Below are positions 39,521 to 48,245 of a stretch of DNA of 64,000 nucleotides, one piece after another. The notes under the pieces were generated by a model. It did not search any database and was not told the DNA's origin. It saw only the letters and a list, made by a program, of their open reading frames with translations. A program made the translations under genes and the position numbers. The DNA is from Dehalococcoidia bacterium (lineage in GTDB: Bacteria; Chloroflexota; Dehalococcoidia; Lucifugimonadales; Australimonadaceae). The stretch is taken from the NCBI GenBank assembly GCA_965220225.1, contig OZ244813.1, forward strand, positions 2,826,570-2,890,569, in the 5' to 3' direction. Every line of letters begins with the position of its first letter. Position 1 is the stretch's first letter.

Positions 39521-40405
39521 ATGGTCAGCAGCCCGCCATCCCGCGCTCCCTCCATGCCGCTGGTGAAGCGACTCGTTGCCGGAGGAGCGGGCTCCCGCCG
39601 CCGCGCCGCCGCACTCATCTTCTCCGGCGCCGTCTCCGTGAACGGCCGGCCCGCCACGGACCTGAACCACCCCGTGAGCGCGTCCGACGCCGTCTCCGTC
39701 AACGGCCAGCCGCTCGCGCAGGCGGAGAAGCGCACCGTCTACCTCCTGCTCAACAAGCCGAAGGGCTACCTCTGCGCCGTGAGCGACTCCCGCGGACGCC
39801 CCACCGTGCTCGACCTCGTGCCGGATGCGCTCCGCGTCGCCGGGCTCGTGCCCGTCGGACGGCTCGACGCCGACAGCACCGGCCTCCTGCTGCTCTCGAA
39901 CGACGGCGCGTTCGTGGAGCGCGTCACGCACCCGCGCTACGGTGTCGTGAAGGAGTACGACGTCCTGCTGGACAGGCCCCTCTCCCCGCGCGACCAAGCG
40001 CGTCTGCTGAGCGGCGTCGAGATCGAGGGCGGTCTGGCTCGGGCGGTGTCGGTTGAGGTCGCGCGCTCCCTCTCCCAGCGGGAGAGGGCTGGGGTGAGGG
40101 TTGGCGGGGCGCGGAGCACGCGGCGCCCGCCCGGTGAGGCGCCCGGTGATGCGAAGGCGGCGCGCCCCCTCTCCCGGTGGGAGAGGGTTGGGGTGAGGGT
40201 TGGGGTGAGGGTTGGCGAGGCGCGCTACGCGGTCGAACTGGCGGAGGGGAAGAAGCGGGAGGTGCGGCTGATGATGCGCGCGGTCGGACGGCGCGTGCTC
40301 CGGCTGACGCGCGTCCGTGTCGGCGGGCTGCGGCTCGGCAGGCTGCCGTCCGGCAGCGTTCGTGAACTCTCGGCGCAGGAAGCGCGAAAGGCGTCTCATG
40401 GCTGA
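39521..40405 (+). CDS. rRNA pseudouridine synthase (RluB/RsuA family) with an in-frame palindrome insertion
   Basis: S4 domain, [32 protein letters not shown] and L.RVRVG. Confidence 0.9.
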   Translation: MVSSPPSRAPSMPLVKRLVAGGAGSRRRAAALIFSGAVSVNGRPATDLNHPVSASDAVSVNGQPLAQAEKRTVYLLLNKPKGYLCAVSDSRGRPTVLDLVPDALRVAGLVPVGRLDADSTGLLLLSNDGAFVERVTHPRYGVVKEYDVLLDRPLSPRDQARLLSGVEIEGGLARAVSVEVARSLSQRERAGVRVGGARSTRRPPGEAPGDAKAARPLSRWERVGVRVGVRVGEARYAVELAEGKKREVRLMMRAVGRRVLRLTRVRVGGLRLGRLPSGSVRELSAQEARKASHG

Positions 40406-40937
40406 CTCCGGCAGGCTGGTGTGGATAGATATGGAGATGACCGGGCTCGACCCGGACCGGCACGTGACGCTGGAGATAGCGACGCTCATCACCGACGCGG
40501 ACCTCGAGGTGCTGGCCGAGGGGCCGGTGATCGCGGTCGCCCGCACCGACGACGAGATGGCCCGCATCGACGACTGGAGCCTCCGCACGCACACGGACTC
40601 CGGCCTCCTGGAGCGGGTGCAGGCGTCGACCGTGAGTGTCGAGGAAGCGGAGCGGCTCACGCTCGAGTTCGTGCGCCAGTGGGTGCGCGAGAAGAAGGCC
40701 CCGCTCTGTGGCAACTCCGTGCACCAGGACCGGCTCTTCCTGCGCGCCGAGATGCCCGCGCTGGAGGCGTACCTGAACTACCGCATCGTGGACGTGAGCA
40801 CCATCAAGGAGCTCGTGAAGCGCTGGTACCCGGACCTGCCGCCCCACCGCAAGCGCCGCGCCCACCTCGCCCTCGACGACATCCGCGAGAGCATCGAAGA
40901 GCTCCGCTACTACCGCGAGCGCATCTTCGTGGAGTAG
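40398..40937 (+). CDS. orn: Oligoribonuclease
   Basis: [19 protein letters not shown] and [14 protein letters not shown]. Confidence 0.95.
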   Translation: MADSGRLVWIDMEMTGLDPDRHVTLEIATLITDADLEVLAEGPVIAVARTDDEMARIDDWSLRTHTDSGLLERVQASTVSVEEAERLTLEFVRQWVREKKAPLCGNSVHQDRLFLRAEMPALEAYLNYRIVDVSTIKELVKRWYPDLPPHRKRRAHLALDDIRESIEELRYYRERIFVE

Positions 40938-40948
40938 GCCACGTACCT

Positions 40949-41244
40949 GTCATTTCGAGCGAAGCCGAGAAATCTCTCGGGGCACCCCGCTCGTGGTGAG
41001 CCTGTCGAACCATCCTGCGCAGGCAGGGACCTCGCATCTCACCTCTCCTGAGGGAGGGTTAGGGTGAGGGCCCTCCGGGGTGGTGTGGTGAAGGGCTTGT
41101 CATTTCGAGCGAAGCCGAGAAATCTCTCGGGGCTCTGCCCGCTCATGGTGAGCCTGTCGAACCACCGTCATTCCCGCACCGGCGGGAATCCAGAGTGACC
41201 GGGCAGGTCACGCGGTGGGGTGGTGCCTGGTCCCCTCTCCCTTG
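40949..41244. repeat. Mosaic cluster of REP-like palindromes (families A, B, C, D)
   Basis: GTCATTTCGAGCGAAGCCGAGAAATCT x2, CGCTC(A/G)TGGTGAGCCTGTCGAACCA x2, one dRS3-like copy and family A. Confidence 0.8.
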
Positions 41245-41261
41245 GGGAATTACTAACAATG

Positions 41262-41438
41262 CTAGCCAACCTCTGCTTCCCGCGCTATCAGCATTGCATC
41301 GGCCATCATGTACGCTACCGCAGCATAGCCTACGCGAGTCGCCTCTTCTGTCACAACCTTAGTGTGCGGGTTACTTGCCATCAATCCCGCTAACGCTTGT
41401 CCCGCGAACCAGTCCCGTAGGCTTATGTTGTCCGGCAT
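41262..41438 (-). CDS. Small phage-type hypothetical protein (58 aa, MPDNISLRDWFAGQALAGL...AYMMADAMLIARE)
   Basis: Translated by hand; GGAG RBS; TAATG coupling; resembles the phage 'LRDYFAA..AM..AY..ADAML.AR' family; stop codon lies inside the left TIR. Confidence 0.7.
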   Translation of the reverse strand: MPDNISLRDWFAGQALAGLMASNPHTKVVTEEATRVGYAAVAYMMADAMLIAREAEVG

Positions 41439-41581
41439 TAGTTGCTCCCTTTGTCTTTCTTTTCCTTCTTCTGATACTTGTATCCGCCAGGAGGTGGTGC
41501 GCGGAACTGCATCACGACTTCCGCGATTTCTTCCGCTGTGTAGCCCTTCATATCCTTTGATGGCTTATTGTCCTTCGCCAC
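41438..41581 (-). CDS. Small basic hypothetical protein (47 aa, MAKDNKPSKDMKGYTAEEIAEVVMQF...)
   Basis: GGAGG RBS and GTG start just downstream of the transposase. Confidence 0.55.
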   Translation of the reverse strand: MAKDNKPSKDMKGYTAEEIAEVVMQFRAPPPGGYKYQKKEKKDKGSN

Positions 41582-41604
41582 TGTCCACCTCCCGCTTATC
41601 GAGT

Positions 41605-42558
41605 CTATTCTACTACATTTTGACTTACCAAGTCTTGCCAGCGCAGACGCTTCCCGACAATACCATCGGCCATAACGTCCAACTGTTGAGCCGTGTCCAA
41701 CGGGCGTTGATTGTGACGCCCTGCGAACTCGTTCACATATCTTTGCAAGTGCTTACCGCTCATCTGGTGGTAGGTTCCGTGATACCCACGCTTCAGCATC
41801 GCCCAATGGCTTTCAATGCCGTTGGTGTGCGCCGCTTCATTCACGAACTGCGAAACACCATGCTTCACAATCTTGTGCTCTTGTGGAATGTTCCGGTAGC
41901 CGGAATGTTCATCCGTGTAGACGATTGCATTGTCCGCTACCTGCTCCTCCACAAAGCCTTGCAAGGTTTCCGTCTTGGTGTCAGGTACGACGCGCAAGAC
42001 AACTTTGTTCATTTCACGCCCTTTCGCGCCCATAACCACAACCTTGCCGACTATGCCCGTACCCTTTCGGAGTTTCTTGTTAGCATGCTTGTTCCTTTCC
42101 AAGCCACCGATAAAGGTTTCGTCTACCTCGACCTCACCAGAGAGCTTGTCCATCCCCGCGTTCCACGCTTCCCTGATGCGGTGAGCCATGTGCCAAGCCG
42201 CCTTTTGGGATATCCCCAAGTCACGGTGCAACTTCATGCTGGACACACCCTTAAGGTTCGTAGCGTACAGGTAGAACGCCACCGCCCACTTACTAAGCGG
42301 GATGTTGGAATCGGCAAGAACCGAACCAGTCCGCACAGAGAAATGCTTGCGGCAGTCCCTGCACCTAAATGGCATAGGCTTGCGATTCGCAACCTCACGA
42401 GCATTACCAACCACGCCACAATGCGGGCAAGCAATCCCGTTAGGCCAACGACGCGCAATGAACCACTCTTCCGCTTTGCGCTCGTCAGCAAAGTAGGCAA
42501 TCGCTTCGGTAAGCGAGATACCCTTCCGTTCAGACCTGCCTGGTGCCTTCTTAGTCAT
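41605..42558 (-). CDS. IS1595-family DDE transposase
   Basis: Zn ribbon CPHCG...CRDC, HTH, VEVDETFIGG, YTDEHSGY and HTNGIESHWAMLKR...KHLQRYVNEF..RHN. Confidence 0.95.
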   Translation of the reverse strand: MTKKAPGRSERKGISLTEAIAYFADERKAEEWFIARRWPNGIACPHCGVVGNAREVANRKPMPFRCRDCRKHFSVRTGSVLADSNIPLSKWAVAFYLYATNLKGVSSMKLHRDLGISQKAAWHMAHRIREAWNAGMDKLSGEVEVDETFIGGLERNKHANKKLRKGTGIVGKVVVMGAKGREMNKVVLRVVPDTKTETLQGFVEEQVADNAIVYTDEHSGYRNIPQEHKIVKHGVSQFVNEAAHTNGIESHWAMLKRGYHGTYHQMSGKHLQRYVNEFAGRHNQRPLDTAQQLDVMADGIVGKRLRWQDLVSQNVVE

Positions 42559-42598
42559 ACTTCACATCCTCTTCAAACTAGAATATTGAACTGTGCGA

Positions 42599-42627
42599 AT
42601 CATAACATAAACACTTCCATTTGTCAA
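42599..42627 (-). promoter_or_regulatory. Near-consensus sigma70 promoter for the transposase
   Basis: Minus strand TTGACA-N17-TATGAT with TG extension. Confidence 0.7.
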
Positions 42628-42726
42628 GCGACAACGCGCTCGGATTTACGCCAATTACGTGCATTGCTGGAGGCGGGATTAGTTCAATATCCCTTGTTGA
42701 AAGGCGTGTTCCCGCCTCCAGCAAAC

Positions 42727-42755
42727 TTGACTCCGATATTCGATTGTACTACCAT
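42727..42755 (+). promoter_or_regulatory. Promoter of cargo cassette 1
   Basis: TTGACT-N17-TACCAT; spacer contains TATTCGATTGT. Confidence 0.6.
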
Positions 42756-42760
42756 CATTC

Positions 42761-42853
42761 TGCTACAAGTCCGCTTACCCCTGTGAGTCACCAGGCGGGA
42801 GCGTTGGGCTACCCATGCCCTCCTTGTCAGGCTCGCAGTGCGGACTTGTAGCA
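42761..42853 (+). ncRNA. Structured leader RNA (putative)
   Basis: Perfect 14-bp stem TGCTACAAGTCCGC/GCGGACTTGTAGCA with inner CTGTGAGTC/GGCTCGCAG. Confidence 0.5.
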
Positions 42854-42887
42854 AAGCACCAAGCTCTTGCCGCAAGGAGGGTTCCAC

Positions 42888-43499
42888 ATGCGTTATCTGT
42901 TACTGGTCGTCGTTGTTGCGGGCCTAGTAGCGTGCGCTTCACCGACGCCTACCCCTACGCCAACGGCAACTCCTAGACCTACACCTACTCCAACACCTAC
43001 TGCGACGCCTATTCCAACCGCAACACCTACGCCTACCCCTGAACCAACACCCACACCAACGGCGACGCCTACACCTACCCTGATTCCGACACCTACGTCC
43101 ACTCCATTACCTACGGCAACACCTACACCTATCCACTGGTACAGTCCGCAAGAAATCACGGAGGTCTACCAGACTAATCGTGCTCGTGCTCATATCCTGT
43201 TTGAAACCGGAACCGTCCATATTCAAGGCGAAGTATCCGAATTCCACACAAATCAACTTGGCCTAATCTACCTCGTCAAGCGGCGTGCGCCAGCAAGTGA
43301 TTTCTCATTCCTTACCGAAACAGACGCACAACGCGCCGCTAAGGATTGGAAGGTCATTAGAGCGAAGTTGTCCATCGAACAAGTAGCCGCAATGAACATT
43401 GGCGACCCTATCCGCTTGCGCTGTGATAGGCTTGAGCCTGATGAATACGTAGGGACAGGTGCGGAACTGATTTGCGCTAACCCTGTCCTGACACCATGA
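42888..43499 (+). CDS. Lipoprotein with PT-repeat linker and probable OB-fold (tRNA_anti-like) domain
   Basis: AAGGAGG RBS, lipobox LVAC, (PT)n linker, 'EITEVYQTN...VHIQGEV' and 'IGDPIRLRC' pattern. Confidence 0.7.
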   Translation: MRYLLLVVVVAGLVACASPTPTPTPTATPRPTPTPTPTATPIPTATPTPTPEPTPTPTATPTPTLIPTPTSTPLPTATPTPIHWYSPQEITEVYQTNRARAHILFETGTVHIQGEVSEFHTNQLGLIYLVKRRAPASDFSFLTETDAQRAAKDWKVIRAKLSIEQVAAMNIGDPIRLRCDRLEPDEYVGTGAELICANPVLTP

Positions 43500-43510
43500 G
43501 GCTTGCGCGT

Positions 43511-43633
43511 GGAGAGGTGCCGGAGTGGTTGAACGGGGCCGACTCCAAATCGGTTAGGGGCTTGGAAGTCTGACATTCTGTGTTTGTATTTCCTTTCAGT
43601 CCCTCGCGGGTTCGAATCCCGTCCTCTCCTCCA
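43511..43633 (+). tRNA. Atypical tRNA: anticodon CCA (Trp) on a Ser-like class II body, 51-nt variable arm, encoded CCA end
   Basis: Acceptor GGAGAGG/CCTCTCC; D arm CCGGAGTGGTTGAACGG; anticodon stem GCCGA/TCGGT with loop CTCCAAA; T arm GCGGG-TTCGAAT-CCCGT; U73-CCA. Confidence 0.8.
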
Positions 43634-43665
43634 GCCCCTCCTCACGCGAGCGCGTAGTCTTTGAT

Positions 43666-43695
43666 TTGACTCTATTCGATTGTTAATGCTAACGT
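43666..43695 (+). promoter_or_regulatory. Promoter of cargo cassette 2
   Basis: TTGACT-N18-TAACGT with TG extension; spacer again contains TATTCGATTGT. Confidence 0.5.
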
Positions 43696-43755
43696 CCTTA
43701 GTGACAAGTCCGAACCGTGTTGCGGGGCGGGCTTGTACTCATTTAAGGAGGTTCT

Positions 43756-43881
43756 ATGTTCGTAATGTTCTTTCGGTTCCCTGTGCCCGTTGTCCGTCGA
43801 TTCCGCGTACCGGAACCACCTCGCTCATTGGGGCTAGTTGCCGCCTACGAACGAGCAGGGTATGATTCGGACGCGGGCTAG
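43756..43881 (+). CDS. Putative 41-aa peptide (MFVMFFRFPVPVVRRFRVPEPPRSLGLVAAYERAGYDSDAG)
   Basis: Strong AAGGAGG RBS, partly paired within the upstream hairpin. Confidence 0.5.
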   Translation: MFVMFFRFPVPVVRRFRVPEPPRSLGLVAAYERAGYDSDAG

Positions 43882-43916
43882 TCATGGCTAGCCCGTAGAC
43901 GGCGGGGTAGTTCTCC

Positions 43917-44008
43917 GTGGCAGTGTTGCCAGTGTGGTTAACTGGACGAGGATTCAAACCCTTTGAACGACTCAGTGCGTGGCGGTTCGATTCCGCCTCT
44001 GCCCGCCA
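43917..44008 (+). tRNA. Degenerate tRNA-Sec-like RNA, anticodon UCA
   Basis: Long D stem CCAGT/ACTGG; TTCAAA loop; T arm GGCGG-TTCGATT-CCGCC; G73-CCA; acceptor and anticodon stems imperfect. Confidence 0.55.
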
Positions 44009-44057
44009 GCGTGGACTACCCCGCCGTCACCTTTGGCTAGCATTGTTAGTAATCCCC

Positions 44058-44170
44058 CTCCCTTGAGGGGAGAGGGCTAGGGAGAGGGTGAACCGGCGGT
44101 GTAGGGTGCCTGGTCTAGGGGCATCCCTCGTGGGTGCCCTTGCCCCGCTCATGGTGAGCCTGTCGAACCA
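44058..44170. repeat. REP-like cluster, right part (families A, E, C)
   Basis: CTCCCTTGAGGGGAGAGGGCTAGGGAGAGGG, TAGGGGCATCCCTCGTGGGTGCCCT and CGCTCATGGTGAGCCTGTCGAACCA. Confidence 0.75.
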
Positions 44171-44254
44171 CCCTCGTCGTTCCAGCGCAGGTAGGGACCT
44201 CGCAGCCCTGCCGCGTGGTGTTAGGCCTCAACCAGGCGCGCCCGGCGCCCGTTG

Positions 44255-45124
44255 TCACCTGCGGAGACGCGCAAGCAAGCCGCCGCGCTTAGGCTGGGCC
44301 GGTTCCCCTTGCAGCATCTGCGGGGGAAGCGGTTCCGCAGAAACTAGGTGCTCTGCCACGACGGTGACTGCGCTCAAGCAGCCGGACAGTACCGATATCA
44401 CCGGTGGCCTTCGTTGAAATTCCCTTTCGCTGCCAGTTCCGTAGCCGGGGCTCGCCGCTACTATCTCTTCGTCCCGAAAGCAGACATCGACCATGACGCG
44501 TAGCTCCACACTGTCCTCATGCTCAGTTCCCTGCACGTCGTAGTACAGAGCTGTGCCTCCGATGAGGCGCGACGGCAACCGAGGGGGCTCGACACCATCC
44601 TTGAAACGAGCATCCAGCGACGTATGCGTATTCACCACGTTCAGGTACCGGTGCTTGTCTATGTTGCATATCAGGTGGAGCATCCATAGGTGACGCCCGA
44701 TGTCGCCCCTGAACGGCTGGAACGCCTCGATCAGATCGCAGCGGTCGTGCGTGATTCCTTCGAGTTTCCTCGGAGCAACTTTCAGATACTCCCCTTCTTC
44801 GTCAAAGATTGGGAATTCATTCTGCTTAGTGGGTTCCTTGCCGTTATCTTTGACAAGCGCATAGACGAGGTGGTCCAGGGCAGAACGAAGGTTGTAGGCG
44901 ACCTCCCCCACCCTGATGGGGAAGTCCATTGGAACATACCCCGGATCGCTCTCCCGTACGTGGAAGCGCCGAATCACGGGATTCCTGGCGCGTGACTCCA
45001 TCTCCAGGACCCTGCGCTGTATCTGATACTCGCAGTGTGCGGTGATGTCAGACCGCAGACTTTCCAAACACTCGCGCGCCCGGCGAATCTTCGCGTCTAC
45101 TCCTCGGCTGTCGACCATTGCCAC
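44255..45124 (-). CDS. Hypothetical protein (NLRSALDH ... NIDKHR pattern)
   Basis: 289 aa directly downstream of the methyltransferase. Confidence 0.75.
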   Translation of the reverse strand: MAMVDSRGVDAKIRRARECLESLRSDITAHCEYQIQRRVLEMESRARNPVIRRFHVRESDPGYVPMDFPIRVGEVAYNLRSALDHLVYALVKDNGKEPTKQNEFPIFDEEGEYLKVAPRKLEGITHDRCDLIEAFQPFRGDIGRHLWMLHLICNIDKHRYLNVVNTHTSLDARFKDGVEPPRLPSRLIGGTALYYDVQGTEHEDSVELRVMVDVCFRDEEIVAASPGYGTGSEREFQRRPPVISVLSGCLSAVTVVAEHLVSAEPLPPQMLQGEPAQPKRGGLLARLRR

Positions 45125-45129
45125 GCCCC

Positions 45130-46887
<1,758 letters not shown>

Positions 46888-46942
46888 CTAGGGGCCGGTG
46901 TCGCGGGTTGGGGCGTATGTTCGGTATGCTACACTCTTTGTC

Positions 46943-47962
46943 ATGAGTACTTGGTCGGTTCCGAACTCTGAGAAAGACAAGTTCAACAAAAAGATACGTC
47001 GATACGAACGCGAAGTAGACAACTATGACAACACTTGCCTGTTTGTCACAGCGGGGGCTGGCAGTCGCTGTAGACAACCTACCGTGAAGTGCCATTCAAT
47101 TCCTGAGGCATCTGTGCTGAGTCAATTGCAAGATCTGAATGGTAATGTTCTGGACATTGGTTGGGGCATGATTGAGTGGAGAAATGTCCTCACAGGGAAC
47201 ACTTCTGTAAACTTGGCATCATCAGAATTATTCAGGCCTCGTAGAATTAGCATTTCTGTAGCCTCGACTGCGCCTTTTGCTTGCAATGCTCATGACCAAA
47301 CATTCAGTGTGATTGATCAAGCGAATCCCAATCTCTCGGACTGGCGAGTGCCACTACTGATGGCATACCGTATTGCACTCTTCGCAAATGATCGCTGGAG
47401 AAAGTACGGGCATTTCCTATATAAGCAAGCAGAAATGCTTACAAAGGCACATAGGAATCCCTATGCCCAAGCTGAATTGAAGAGATTAATGGCTCAGCGA
47501 AATCTTCTGAGCCCACAGATGGTTCAGCAAGTAGAAGGGCTAGGTGAACTCTGGTGTAAGGCATCTGCATCTTTATCTGACATGGATGTTGTCTCGCTGC
47601 CTTTCAAGTCCAATTTGAAATTTGCTGCTGCTTTGATGATTGACTCGGGCACATCTTACATAACAATTAGCCCAAGAGGAAATACTACGCACGTTGCGAC
47701 TATAGTATACCGTCGGAAAGACAAGAGGCACGTGGCTGACTACGTCAAACAATTGAAAACACTATCAGGGTTATCTCGTATGACAGCTGATAGTGGAGTA
47801 GGGTTTGTAACTAAATTAATATCTGATGGATTCGGGAGTATGGTAGCGTCACCTTATTCATATGAATCACTTACGAATGAGGAACGTGATGCGATCAAAA
47901 TCAGCATTCATAAACTTAGCAGACCGGAGATATTGGAACAGATGTGGTCGCGCAGAGTGTGA
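46943..47962 (+). CDS. Hypothetical AT-rich protein with a Cys/His cluster
   Basis: C..C..CHSIP...ACNAHD..F; markedly lower GC than the host. Confidence 0.7.
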   Translation: MSTWSVPNSEKDKFNKKIRRYEREVDNYDNTCLFVTAGAGSRCRQPTVKCHSIPEASVLSQLQDLNGNVLDIGWGMIEWRNVLTGNTSVNLASSELFRPRRISISVASTAPFACNAHDQTFSVIDQANPNLSDWRVPLLMAYRIALFANDRWRKYGHFLYKQAEMLTKAHRNPYAQAELKRLMAQRNLLSPQMVQQVEGLGELWCKASASLSDMDVVSLPFKSNLKFAAALMIDSGTSYITISPRGNTTHVATIVYRRKDKRHVADYVKQLKTLSGLSRMTADSGVGFVTKLISDGFGSMVASPYSYESLTNEERDAIKISIHKLSRPEILEQMWSRRV

Positions 47963-48245
47963 GGTGTTCAGAGGGTTCCAAGTACCAAAAAGAGATTGGA
48001 CATGTCACTGAACAAGGAAGACGTATGGCGAATCTACGATATGCCCCTCGACGAGCTAGATAGACCGCCACGCGGTATACACAGCCGCTTGATTGATGCG
48101 CGGACTAGTACCCCACTCCCCTAGAACTCCCGCCTCTGACGAAATGACGACCCCCTCTCCCTCTGGGAGAGGGGCTGGGGGTGAAGGTTGTTTTCATGAC
48201 ACGCGCTCGTTGCGCAGACGCCACACCCCTCCCTACCCTGTCTGC

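Larger units (their letters stand above)
41245..44057. mobile_element. IS1595-family transposon with passenger genes (2813 bp)
   Basis: TIRs GGGAATTACTAACAATGCTAGCCAA (41245-41269) and TTGGCTAGCATTGTTAGTAATCCCC (44033-44057), 24/25 match; TSD CTCCCTTG at 41237-41244 and 44058-44065; visibly lower GC. Confidence 0.93.

Noticed and set aside
40949-41200. Possible CRISPR array
   Set aside because: Only two copies of each unit, interleaved with other repeat families, no regular unique spacers and no cas genes.
41362-42786. 474-aa plus-strand ORF overlapping the transposase
   Set aside because: It is antisense to a clear IS1595 transposase and two RBS-bearing small ORFs, with no recognisable motifs; treated as a shadow ORF, although long for this GC content.
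42940-43130. Tandem CCNACN repeats as a DNA repeat element
   Set aside because: They encode a Pro-Thr linker with varied third positions, so the repeat is at protein level.
43497-43532. UGA read-through of the lipoprotein by the UCA RNA
   Set aside because: Read-through would add only about 10 codons into the tRNA before another TGA; there is no supporting signal.
43511-43633. tRNA as an integrase attachment site, or variable arm as an intron
   Set aside because: The tRNA is internal to the TIRs, no duplicated 3' end or integrase is seen, and the extra sequence is too short for a self-splicing intron and is not in the anticodon loop.
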